A stretch of DNA of 64,000 nucleotides, from NCBI RefSeq assembly GCF_000150275.1, contig NW_002060944.1, positions 3,848,123 through 3,912,122 on the forward strand, read 5' to 3'. Below, piece after piece: positions 1 to 12,857 of the stretch. A program made the translations under genes and the position numbers. A model generated the notes under the pieces. That model had not been told where the DNA came from. It made no database searches and saw only the letters and a program-made list of their open reading frames with translations. The DNA is from Trichoplax adhaerens (lineage: Eukaryota > Animalia > Placozoa). The stretch's first letter is position 1, and the number at the start of each line of letters is the position of its first letter.

Positions 1-361
1 TATCGTATATACATAGTTACTAATCACAAGTATTAATACATTTCATCGCATATTTCTATCATTATGATAGCTCTAGTTACGTTTAATATAGTGCCATATA
101 TGGCAGTACTAGGGTGTTATGGATATCTGTAGCTAGAATTTGAATGTGATCCTAAAAACTTTAAATAAAGGGCTAACGGTTAGCAGCCATGGTATTTATT
201 TCATTTCTATTAGCATCTTATAACATATATAAATATAATGTTATACACGTGTATGCTAACGCATGTATATATACAGTTTATACAGGAATACTAACTAAAG
301 CCTTGACAAAATGTAAAAATATTGCAAATTATGAAGCAAAGATATCATGTAAAAATCTTAC

Positions 362-2203
362 CTCGATCAGTTTTAATATTTGCATCAATATTTTCTTAAA
401 GAATGAGAGTTTTGTGCATGGATGAGGTACAAATACGATAATCAGAATTACAATCGCAAGTAGACCCCCAATATTACCAAATATAATGACCAAGATGCCT
501 GGCTTATCTTGTTAACACATATGTAAAAAGAGGAAAAGGGAAAGAGATCAATTAATGAATTATTGTAAGCAAATTATATCAGAAGATTGCTAGGTTTGCT
601 TGATGGATGGCATTAACTAATTTATAGCATATCCTCTGTCATGATTCTACGACAGCAAAATGGCATAGAAGAGGAAAGTTTAATTGTTGAAGATAAAAAT
701 TAAATTTGTACTTAAATTTTAAATATGGTTAAGAATAATCTTACCGTCTTCAACTATGAAGAATTGTGATCCTGAATGTTGGCAAAGATTAATCGATGCA
801 CATAAAATATTTCCAATCTGCTCAGGTTCACTTCGATCTACTATTAAAGTACTACGAACAGTTCTTTTAGTACCATTAATAGTCTCAACTGTGATACGCC
901 TAAAAGGAATATCTGAGCATTGGCCATTGTGACATCGTTTTCACAGTATCTTTGGCATTGGATCTCCATTAGCTATACAACTAACATATGTGGTTGTTCC
1001 TGGAGTAGGTTCTTTACTTTCGATGATACAACGATTAATACATTCTATACTCAATATGAATTATAATAATATAATCAATTTAAAATACTATAGTAATTGC
1101 ATATGAGTATTATAATCAATAAACGATCAGAGTCACTCTGAGATGAATATCACATTTCTACTATTCGAATACGATTTATAATACAACCTCAAGCTTTTAA
1201 TTAGGTAAACGCTTGCTCAGTATCGGTACATCCACAAGGTAGCAATTCGAAATGTATAATTGCCTACGTTGTTAATGGTCAGATTGTCAATGGGTAGAAT
1301 ACAATTGTAAGTAAGACATTTATTCATTGCGATCGAGCAGGAAGCATGGTTGATAATTATCTTATTTTTGTTATTGGCCAGTGTGTAATAACGAAGAAAA
1401 AAGTACATAGTATAATCCAAGCAACGGTCCGTGGAGTCGAATTTATTAAATCTTATTCGAAATGTAAGATTATCCGGAAAGCCATAGTATTCATATTGTA
1501 GTTACGGAAAAGGCAATACTTGGCAGAATTTCCTATCTTAAGAGATTAGAGAAATAGACTATGAAAAAATCAATACTCTGTTCCTGTGTAAATTTCAGTT
1601 AAAATAGCATCAATAAGAATAATCCATAGCTAGCGAATACTCTATGCATTTTCGAAGAAGAATTTATCATTAACTACGACTAGCTTTAACAACAAAATTG
1701 AAAACGGGAATAGAAAATAGTCATCAAGACTTTAACATAGAATTTATTCTGAATGATCATTGGTATATCAACTAGAGAATTGACATTAAATTTGAAAAGC
1801 AGATCAGAATGAATATATTTTATGATACGTATAATCATATATGCACTTGAGTTGAGATTTCCTGAATACGGGCAAGGCATTCTACAATAAACTAGAAAAA
1901 TATTTTCAATTATTATCTGAAGGAGGTATGCTACTCTAATTTAAAATCAATTACCATAAAGGAAATAGCAACATTTATCTATATTATCTGAGATATTATG
2001 ATTTTATAGAATCTTGCCTTATCAAGTATTAATATAAAGAAATACTCGTTCAGCTAGACACCATTTTTTATGAATATCATGTCGATAATACCTGGTAATT
2101 TGCGTTCCTTGAGACAATTGTCGTTAGGTTCAATAAGCGTTGATTCGATAAGTAGAATCAGTAAAATAAATCTTGTCTGATCCATTCCTAGTATGTTTGC
2201 CAT
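362..2203 (-). pseudogene. Ig-Ig-TM receptor copy 1, disabled (paralog of 4395-7805)
   Basis: Exons are collinear with copy 2: signal exon 2203-2092 (MANILGMDQTRFILLILL...), Ig1 exon from about 1536, Ig2 exon about 1046-745 and TM exon about 508-362. In-frame TAA at 1502-1504 (TCA in copy 2), TGA at 941-943 replacing the Ig core Trp (ILWKR in copy 2), and a short frameshifting deletion near the end of the TM exon. Any cytoplasmic exon would lie outside the window. Confidence 0.8.
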
Positions 2204-3484
2204 TTAGTAGTTGATATTTTATAGACTAATGAGAAATTACAGTAGAAGCGACTATATCGAATATTTACGGCGCGAGATAAAATACTAAGCAAGAAGACGA
2301 TGTATTACACGAAACGGCTTACGCACTTCATCGATATTCCAATTGAAAAAATTAAAACACTTATAAATAAAATGTAAAGTTTTATTCTATAACCCATAAA
2401 TGCATATTTTTATCATTTTTTAAGCTTTTAGAGGGAAACTGGAATACTCATTTGCAGCTGCAACACGTAATTTTATTGATTGCCATCTCAACGGGGTAAG
2501 TGGAATGTAAATAAACACAGTAAATGTCGATATTTAACATACAATGCCCAATCAGATTCATCCAATGGTCTTTAAGTAATATACCGAAAAGCTTTACGTA
2601 ATGTCTACCCTAGTTACTTGGGAATTTTAAAGCATCATAAAACACACAACTAGAAGGATATTTAGAGTTAATACAGTCAATCCTAAAGACTAAATATCCA
2701 AATTGTTGATCTTTAATTAACAAACCAAATTACCTTACGTTGCGTCTGCCCGAGCTACTGATACCTATAAAAACATCATGTAAAACACAATTAGAAAGAT
2801 GTTTAATAATTAATTGACATCTTCTCTTGAATATAATTATAAAATTTTAACCTATATGGGATTAGATAAAGTAAATAACAATCATAGGGCTTACAATGTA
2901 CTTCATTAGAGGAGAAAATCTGATCCTACAACGTTTAACCCTCCTATAAGTTTCATCATCTCAGCTACGGAAAGATGTAGCATGCAAAGAATTAATTTGA
3001 AAGATATCCGATTATTTAGTATTCCTTTTCCGTCATACTTACGCATTAAGCTTAACTGAAGATTAGATTATTAAGAGTAAAGTACGATTAAACTCTATTA
3101 CACTCGTACACTAAATTATCGTACTGAAATATTCTTTCATTTTCTACATTGGATATTAACTTGGCTACCGTATAGAGTACAAATACGATACTTATATGAA
3201 GATATTTAAAAATTTGATATCGATTCTAAGTATAAATTGTTAATCTAACTGGAGACAGGATTTTACTCAGTCCTTACGTTAGCAACTAATATACAATTTG
3301 TATTCACGCTTTAACATTAATATGAGTAAAGCTGGTAATATCGATGCAAACTAATGTGTTATAAAACATCAAGAACCTTAATTATATACGAGTATGTAAT
3401 TATTAATGGTAAATAAGACACCTTTTGCAATCTACAATGAAATTGCAGTATCTGTTGTATTCTACTAGTAATAAGTATCTTGTC

Positions 3485-3535
3485 AAAGTAAATAATGGAT
3501 CTCATAAAGTAAATAATGGATCTCATAGAGTAAAT
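3485..3535. repeat. 21-bp tandem repeat (AAAGTAAATAATGGATCTCAT) x about 2.4
   Basis: Directly visible in the sequence. Confidence 0.85.
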
Positions 3536-4394
3536 GAAATAATACCCATCTTGTTCGTATTCATCTGTTGGATATTACGAATTACTTTTGATCTTGAAAC
3601 TATCATGGCGGTAAATTACCATGAAGTGTAAATTTGCTATATTGGTTGACTTTAAAGGATACTATTTCAAGCGCTTAATTGAATAAGTAGTTTGTAGTGT
3701 ACTATCAATTTTGTAGCTACAACATACCGTACAGTACTTCTAGACTTTTGCTTGCGGTAGGAATTACTACAGTACAACTTATGCGTTATAACATATTTAC
3801 ATTATGAAGTTGATGCATAATTTCAGGCGTAGGCAATGGTAGTCATTAGGAACTTATTTATGCCTATTACAGGATTCGAGTAGAAAGTACATTTTGTAAT
3901 TATACAGAGATAGTGACCCTAAATAAGCAAATATATTTAGGAGTTAAGAAATATTCATTACTTTCCTAATGTCGCAATAGAAGTTTATGATATAAAGATT
4001 CAACAGGACTAATATCGGTAGTGAAAAGAGATCATAATTCTGTTAGCTTTATTCGTACGGAATTACAATCGGCGTATATTGATAGTATCTGGGTTTATAA
4101 TTATAATTAATATCATCCAGACAGTTTATTTTACTAGTAGCAATTAATTCAAACAGACCTAGTAAGACCTTTGTTATATAATAGTATTAAGCTAAAAATA
4201 GCTTAAATGGCTATAGCGATAGATGATCTCTATTTATCCACGTTGCTCAATTACAATTGTGATAGTTAATAATAATAGCTAAACTGGCTTAAGTACCTAG
4301 ATTTTACATGCATTCTAATATCATTAACATTATTATTACCAGTACTGAAGGACATTAAATATATATAGTATCGTATCAGCACTACTACGATAAG

Positions 4395-5186
4395 TTATGC
4401 ATCATAGCTCGAATATGAATTTAAATGATATTGCATATCAGTATATAGGTGTTCGAGAGTTTCTACCTTATTCTCGTCACTTCCATTACTATCGTACCAA
4501 CAACATTCAAATTTTTTATCAAGAATTTCTGGATAGCTTCGAGGATTATTTATAAGAACCGACATAAACGGAAGATTGTCATTACAATCGCGGATAATAT
4601 TTTCTAAACATGGTCTAAAGTGTCTACATTCAGTTCTACTTCTATTATTGCAGTCTTCATAAATTAAAATTGCTAATCGAAAATGTCGAATAAGTTCAGA
4701 GTAAACAGTAGGATGTATTTTATGAGGAGTAGTACTCGACATTTCCATAATTTCGCCATCGAAACATGTGCTCATCAGGGATTGTATCTTTTCAGCAAAC
4801 TTGATGCTATGCGAAAAGTGGCAGTATCGTATGAATAGGACTTTTTCTGTGTTTTTAAAGAACATAGGTAATTAGCAAGTCTATACAATAACTTAGATAT
4901 ATTCAATCATCTGGTAATTATTTTACATATTTATCTGAAAATAGAACGTTAATATACAGTACAATGAAATTTTATTTTCGTTTATACATTTTGTAAGTGT
5001 AATAGATCGTGTAAAAGTATGGTATCTTAGAGATACCGTAAGTTGTTAATTTCTTGTAAAATTAGAAATGAAATTTTTTAGCTTATAGAATAATTATGAA
5101 AGATAAATACTTCTAATATTCCTATTCAGATGTTATCAATGCTTCCCATAATTTAGGATGCTTACTAGCAATATTGATTAGTGAAT

Positions 5187-5217
<31 letters not shown>

Positions 5218-7805
5218 ATAGTAAGTGTAATAAAATTCACAGTAGTCTAAACGTTGTTAGATAATAATAGGCTATTTTATTACGTTTGTTAGGAGATCAG
5301 TGTCAAGACCAGAGATTGAGGAACTCGACTGTAATAAGTAATAACTTGGCTTATATACAACGATCTTATGCATTTGTGATTCGCACTGCACATTGCATAT
5401 TACACATTAATGATTACCTTATTAGATAAGGTTGCTGACGTTAACATAATTAAGATAAGGTCTCTGTACTAATATAAATCCTCCTATACTGACGTTAGTA
5501 ACTATTCTTATCAATTAATATTACAGTAAGTAAATGTTGTAAAGCATCCATCTATCGAGGTTATAAATTTAAAAAAGTGTGACAAATAGTAAACGATGAC
5601 AGAAATCATTAAGATTCTATATTTGTATTTCGTGATGCATATAGTGCATTTACTACGACATGAATGAATACGATACGCTATAAAATGACTGTTTACAATA
5701 TATACGTTGACTACCAATTAATCCTAATGGAATATAATGGTTATGTTCTAATAAGACTTTAACTCGATTCAATCTTAAATTATCGTACGTATTTCGGGAA
5801 GTAATNNNNNNNNNNNNNNNNNNNNNNNNNNNNNNNNNNNNNNNNNNNNNNNNNNAGTCGTGGATTTATTTGGTTTCGATGGCTTGTTATGAATAGAAAG
5901 GTATAATATAGTATACATTAACATAAATATAATAGTTTATAAAAAATCAATAACTATAACTAAAAAATTTGAAGTAAAAAATGAATATTTAACTTATTAC
6001 TTGTCTCTAGATTGAACTCAGTCTATAACCACTCTAATATCATCTACAGGACTTACTAGATCATTACTGTAGATTTTGTAAATACAATATAATGTTAATT
6101 TTAATCACTTTAAAATTATCAAAGATTGCAAGACATAACTATCATATTACAATCTTACCACGATCGCTTTTAATTTCCATTCGCATCAATACTTTCTTAA
6201 AGTATGAGAGTTTAGTGCGAGGATCAGGTACGAATATGACAACTAGGATTACAATCACAATTAGACCTCCAACATTACTCAGTGTAATGACTAAGACTTC
6301 TGGCTTATCTTGTTAATTAATACATAAGAATAAAGAAAAAGAGAGATTAATTATTGAAAGCTACTTATTGAGAAAAATTATTAGCTTTACTTAATCGATG
6401 GCTCTTCTAACAATTGAGATTAATTAGAATTGAAATTTATAGAGTATATATTTAGCTGATGAATACTTGCCAGTAATTAAACTTAGTAAAGCAACATCAA
6501 TTATGGTCAATAATAAATCTTACCGTCTTCAACTATGAAGAATTGTGATTCTGAACGTTGGCAAAGATTAACCGATGTACATGAAATATTTCCAATCTGT
6601 TCAGGTTGATTTCGATCTACTATCAAAGTACTGTGAATAGTTCCATTAGTGTCTTTAATATTCTTAATACGTCTTGATGGAATGTCTGAGCACTGGCCAT
6701 TATGACATCGTTTCCACAGTATCTTTGGCATTGGATTTCCACTAGCAGTACAACTAATGAGTGTGGTTGTTCCAGGAGTAGGTTTTTTACTTTCGACGAT
6801 ACCACGATTCATACATTCTATATAGATTATAATAATTTCACCTAAGTATTATAATCAGTAAACGATCAGAATCACTCTGAGATGAATATTGCATTTCTAC
6901 TATTCCANNNNNNNNNNNNNNNNNNNNNNNNNNNNNNNNNNNNNNNNNNNNNNNNNNGAATAAAATTATAAGTAACACTTTTTTTTCATCGCCGACGAAC
7001 AAGAAGCAAAGTTGGTAATGATCTTTGTACTATCATAGACTATAGGCCTAATATCATTATCTTGGCAAATATCGTAAAATTGTGTTTCTTTCACACATTC
7101 ATCCCTGCAGTCGAATTTATTAAATTTTATTCCAAATGTAAGATTATACGGAAATTTGTAGTATCCATATTGTGGTGATGGAAAGGGAGATACTTCACAG
7201 TATTGTCCATCTTAATAGACCATGAAAATAGACGATAAAAAAGTGCATACTCAATTCCAGAATAAATTTCGTTTAAAATAGTAAAAATAAGAATAATTCG
7301 TCACTATCAAATACTCAAATCCTTATCTTAAACTACGACAAGTGTCAACTAGAAAGTTGAAATGGAAGTAAACAGTCAAATAGAATTTAGCATAAAATTC
7401 ACTCTAAGCTACCATTAGTGTACCAACTAGAATCGGGTTCTTGCAAATCTAGGCAATGTAGCTTACATAATGCAGTCTGCAATGACTAGAACAATTTTTT
7501 TCAATTATTTGCTATTTTTAAGAGCTATGATACTCTATTTTTTTAATCATTTACTAAGAATATAATAGGATCATTTATTTAATATTATTGGATATGTCTT
7601 GAGTTTATAGAATCTAAGATGATCAAGCATTAGCATAAAGTAATATTCGTATAGCTATTATCCATCTTTCAACGACAATCGTGCCAATAATACCTAATAA
7701 ATTGTTTTCTTCGGCACAAATGCCTTTAGGTTCACTCAGAGTACATTTGAAAAGTAGGACCAACAAAAAAAGTCTTGCTTGATCCATTTCTAATATATCT
7801 GCCAT
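4395..7805 (-). CDS. Type I membrane receptor: signal peptide, two Ig-like domains, TM helix, putative SEFIR/TIR-like cytoplasmic domain (copy 2)
   Basis: Exons: 7805-7694 (MADILEMDQARLFLLVLLFKCTLS), 7210 to the gap at 6957 (Ig1), 6817-6524 (I-set Ig: LISCTASGNPMPKILWKR...STLIV...GNISCTSVN), 6308-6159 (TM: VLVITLSNVGGLIVIVILVVIFV) and 4846-4395 (KVLFIRY...FRPCLENIIRD...YPEIL...LEHLYTDMQ). All visible junctions are GT-AG and phase 1. There is one apparent frameshift in an A8 run next to the gap. Confidence 0.65.
5806..5855. other. Assembly gap (50 N)
   Basis: Run of N. Confidence 1.
6908..6957. other. Assembly gap (50 N) hiding the end of the Ig1 exon of copy 2
   Basis: Run of N. The flanks correspond to copy 1 at about 1300 and about 1167, so the real gap is probably longer than 50 bp. 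Confidence 0.95.
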
Positions 7806-9729
7806 CCAATAGTTAATTAGCTTCATACTAATCCGATAGTACAAGCAGCTATATTGAATATTTCATTTATGGACGAGATAAAGTGCTCTGCGAGATGATG
7901 ACAAACTATAAAATACGGAAGTTCACGACTTTCATCAATATTCTAATCGAATAGATTACAATGATTATTTATAAACTGTAAAACTTTATTTATGTCTGCA
8001 AATGCGGGCATTAATTATTTTCATATGTTTAATGAGGAAACTAAAATAGGATTACTACCACAAGTAAGTTTTTATTGTACATCCTTAAAAAACAGAATGT
8101 AAATAAACACGGAAAAATTGATGAAAAACGTGTAATGTCCAATCAGATTCATCTAAGTACTAAGGACAATTTCGTGGTACTGTATTTAAAGAAACATTGA
8201 TAGGAGATATTTAATCGTTCGGAATCCAATATAAGCTTAGGTGTAAAGTAGAGCTAAGACAGTCAATCTCCAAGAATAAGTGTCCGAATTGAAGAAGAGA
8301 TCAATGATCACCAATGGCTATACCGAAATACCTTACTAATTCTCCACGCTAACTATTAGTAAAATTTTAAAAGTAAGGTACAGAACATAAATGGAAAGAT
8401 ACTCAACTGTTCAATTTCTTCAAGCATAATTATAAAATTTAAACGGCAAAAGATTGGATAAAGTAAATAATGATTAATAATTTATATTGTACTCAATTAA
8501 TGTACAGAATCCTATTCTACGATATTTAATCTTCCTAAGTTTCTTCACCTTAGCTAGTAATAAATGTAATACAATATGCAAAGCATAAACATGAAAATAT
8601 TAAATTATTTATTTTTCTTTTTTTAACAAAATTACGTCTAAAGTGTAGCTGAAGATGATTATATCATAATATTACTGGTAAAGGACAATCAAAATTTACT
8701 GTAATATATCAGTTATAGGGTCGAGATTTTTTTTTAATTTTCGACTTTGGCCGCTATCTAGAGTGTCGTATGAAGTATAAATACGATACTGATATGAAAA
8801 TATTCCACACATTTGATGTCGATTCCGGGATAAATCGTGAATTTTGATGGATATAGCGTTTTACTTATGTTGGCAACTGATACACAATTTGCATCCACAA
8901 TTCGAAATTAATACCAGCAAAACTGATGATGTTGTTGCGGGCGGTTAGTTTTACAATAACTTCAACTGCTTGTTCAATTTCCTATCTCTCGGGCCGATTG
9001 AGAGTAGTATGAGTCTTTAATACAGTCAAAAGTATTAACTAGATATTCATACATAACATATATTAAGGATCACTTTTGATCTCGAAATTTTAACGGCGGT
9101 AGATCACCATGAACTATAAATTTACTATATTGATTAACCGAAAAGGACACTATTTCAATCATAAAATTAAATAAGCTTCTAGTATATTGCCATTTTTGTG
9201 GCTATAACGTATACCCTCAGTAGTATTCCTAGATATTTTACTTGCGGTAGGATTATTACTGCAACTTATACATTATAAGATAGTTACATTATGAGGCGAA
9301 TCCATAACAAATAATTCATTATTAAGAAATAATTTTTTATAAAGGAGGTTTCTGACCAAAATATTTAAAAGAACCTGTGTGCAGATTAGAAAGTGTAGAG
9401 AAGTGAGAATTTTGCAAGAATCATCCGGACGAAATTGCAATCACTGTAATTTGAAAAAACGCGTATATTGGTTCAAAATATCATCCAGTCAGTTTATCTT
9501 GCTAGTGACAATTGATTTTGTCTTTGAACTATTAAGACCTTCATGATATTACTAGAGTAAAAAGGTTAGACGATAACAGCGATGGATGATCTCCTTGGAA
9601 ACTGTAAAAAGTTCTTAAACAATTTCAGTTACATTAATTTTCCATATCATAAGTAACGTGAAGGCATGCAGACTTATACTTGCACATTGTCTGTGATGTG
9701 AAATACTCTAGTAAACGATTTGGCGCGGA

Positions 9730-10066
9730 GAAAATAAATTAAAATTGCAATAAATAGTCTCACAAAATTATATTTACCAATGCTATCCATTGTCCACTTT
9801 TGAAGTACTAAGTAATATTGTACATAGAACAGCCACCTATCTTCAAGTTAGAACAGGAAGCATCGGTAATAATTGTGTTATGGTTATTGTCAACAACGGT
9901 ATCATTTCTAAGAAAACAGTAATTGGCAAAAGTTAAACATTTGTTTCTTAAACCGTCATTATTAAATCTTATCCCAAATGTAATATTATACGGTAAGCCA
10001 TAATAGCCATACTGCAAAGAGTGTACAAGTTCTAGCTGGGCAAGGTTTATTTTCATCGGCATCAAG
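9730..10066 (-). pseudogene. Ig receptor copy 3 fragment (Ig1 exon only, frameshifted)
   Basis: LQYGYYGLPYNITFGIRFNN...ASCS...YN aligns with the Ig1 exons of copies 1 and 2. After the TAG at 9808 a shifted frame continues LVLQKWTMDSIGKYNF (Ig F-strand motif). No Ig2 or TM exon follows. Confidence 0.7.
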
Positions 10067-11346
10067 TATTAAAAATTACAGCATAAAATGAGCATACTTA
10101 ATTTACAGTCGTTTAAAAAAACAAAACAATACCAGTCCGTCTCTATCAAGTATAGTACTCGTTATGTACGGTACTATACTGAAGGTACATTTTTGGAATT
10201 CTCCTTCGTAGGATTGTAGAAATAACTATTTCCCATTTGAAGTACGAAGAAGTAGGATTAAATATTAAAGCATGAATGGAATTAAGATTAATTTAGTTTG
10301 TTGATTACAATAGATGCGTTAATTATCTACTCTGATAAACAAATATATTAGAAGCTAGTTATTTTATCTGGTTTGGTTTGTCAAGGTTATTAGGTGTAAC
10401 TTAACTGCTAGCAAATGTTATAGCTATTATAGTACCAAAATAAAAAAACTAAATATAGTATCCCTATTAGTGGAGTGACAAAACGCCAAGTTATTACGTA
10501 ATCAATTGAATACAGAACTCCTTTTAAACTGCTATCTACGTAAGATTTCGCCAAACAAAGATCGGGATGAAATTATTAATTTTAAGACATTTACCGAAGA
10601 CTGTTCTTCGCCTCAGGGTCGGCAATCGACAATGTACTGTACTATAATTTTAAATATGTTTAGTCTATTTTACCAAATTTTTTTAAGGAAAAGGATCAAA
10701 ATTATAATCTTAGCTGAATAGTAAGACTATTCTATTGCTGAATAGTCTTAATAGTAAGACTATTCAGCAATAGTTCGATAACTAATGCATACTTGGCAGG
10801 TGATCGTTGTCTGCTCGGATTGGACTTGATATTGAAAACACAAGCAGCGAAATGATCCATACAGGTACAGACATGGGACTTAGTTTCCTTTTGACTTACT
10901 AGCGCTTGCATCATAAGTTACAGTACCGGTACTGTAGTCGTATAACCTAAAAAGCTAGAAATAGGAAGGCAACTAAAAAAACATTGCTTTATTATTAAAA
11001 TCTCTTAGTCTTTCAATTGTACTATGAATGAGTTTACTTATATTTTTTAGTTATCACGTTGAGTTAATTGAGTGATAAAGTGATTAGACGTGTCAAAGAT
11101 TCAGTTCAGATAGTTAGATAGTAAGATACTATTTAATTATATTATTATTCTATTTAAAATTATTAAAATAATTATTATTTATAGGCTCCGAGGCTGAGCT
11201 TCTTGGTACACTGCGATTTTGGAGTGAATATGAAGGATGTTGCATTTGTAGCTCGATGATGATACCTCGACGGTAATTTTTACCGTGCTATTAATACATG
11301 GACTTCTAAGCATTTCTCTTCTTAGAAGTCCATGTACAGTGCCTCG

Positions 11347-11766
11347 TTAAATACCTATTTCGTACAAAACTTCAGTATACGTATGATAGGATACTACCGT
11401 AGGAGTGTAGGTAATGTTAGGAACTACTAGAAGAAAACTGCTATTGCAGATTTTCTTCTCGTAGTCCAGAGTACTGGAGTTGAAATTAATTACGTAATAC
11501 AGTCTTTCAGGCATACTTTGTTGACGCATACTCGCGCACTTTGATACATAAGAATTTTCTCTTGTAATAATATTAGAAGCCTCTGGTACAGTAAAGCTAT
11601 GGACTACTACAGGGAAACTAACTGGGTTATCTTCTAGTAGTCTATGGGTGAAGCAGTATTTTATAACTTCCTCCTCATCCGTTCCAAAGAACAAAATATA
11701 AAAAGGATAGAGTGAAAATACTGAAAAATTGATTAACCCATAGAATTGCTCCGTTTGTCTAGGCAT
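11347..11766 (-). CDS. Orphan ORF of unknown function (MPRQTEQFYG...; the ORF track extends to 11865)
   Basis: 172 open codons in AT-rich DNA, with an N-proximal hydrophobic stretch, several Cys and N-x-S/T sequons. No family recognised. Confidence 0.35.
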   Translation of the reverse strand: MPRQTEQFYGLINFSVFSLYPFYILFFGTDEEEVIKYCFTHRLLEDNPVSFPVVVHSFTVPEASNIITRENSYVSKCASMRQQSMPERLYYVINFNSSTLDYEKKICNSSFLLVVPNITYTPTVVSYHTYTEVLYEIGI

Positions 11767-12857
11767 ATCAGATCGATAAAAACGGAATAATGTCTTTTTA
11801 ATGCACTCGTAATAGATATGCTGTAGATATACGTAGATATAAATATGCGCATACAGTAGATACATATATCAAGCCATCCTTCATTAAAGAAGGAAAAACT
11901 TAATTATGTCGAAAAGAGCTTAAGTAATCCAGTGTGTTCAAAGTCAATGAACGATATCAAAACGTTAATTCTTAGTCTCCACAGTAGATCGTAGAAAAAG
12001 TAGAGTGCTAGTTTCTTATTGAAGCCATTTTGTTATCCGTCTCTACAATACTTGGTGACATTCTTTACGTCAGTGATACTATATAACCAGATTAATTTAT
12101 AACACAATCAACAGCTAGCAAAGTTAGCTCAACCGATAAGAAAACTGGACTAATATCAGAAATACTGCTTATAAATATGAACAAATTAATATATTTAAAT
12201 AAACTTAGCAGCTGTCATGCACTAGTTTAGCGAAATCCTTTAAAAAGGGAATTATGTCGAAATGAATGTGTGAATCAACGCAGACCAAGAGACAACATGT
12301 GGCTTAATCGAATTTATTCCCCCATTACATTTCTACACATACTGTATTAGACAACATTGGGTTCTATATCGTATATATACACAGCAATGTAAATTGGAGC
12401 ATGAAGTTGATATTCTAGTACTGTCAATTACTTCTTGGTTATAAATCTAGAGTCTAGTTATTCGAATTTACACATGTTGTTACTCTAAGAACTCTGATGA
12501 TATATTATTATAGCGGTATCTAAAAATGATAAATGTTAGGGTTGCTTCATATACTGTACCGTATATAGGGTGTTGCGATCAGACGGCTATCAATGCATCG
12601 CCAATACGACCTCCTTTACACAGTGGTTTTATACCTATCCCTGCTCCATAAATTTGTACAACATATACTGTACAAACAGCATCAGATCTTATTCGGATGT
12701 GACAAAAGAATAACTGCTTCATTGACAAGGATAAAAACAGGTCTAACTATTACCACAGATATGTATTAGAATATACAGTAGGTATATCGTTTCCACTAAA
12801 TACTGGAAATTTCTCTGATCAAGTTCAAGAATAAATAAATATTGATGCGCTTTCAGG

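Noticed and set aside
7467-7485. Possible 19-nt micro-exon in receptor copy 2 (TAG acceptor, GTAAGC donor)
   Set aside because: Inclusion would break the frame, while exon 1 joins the Ig1 exon in phase without it. Left out of the model.
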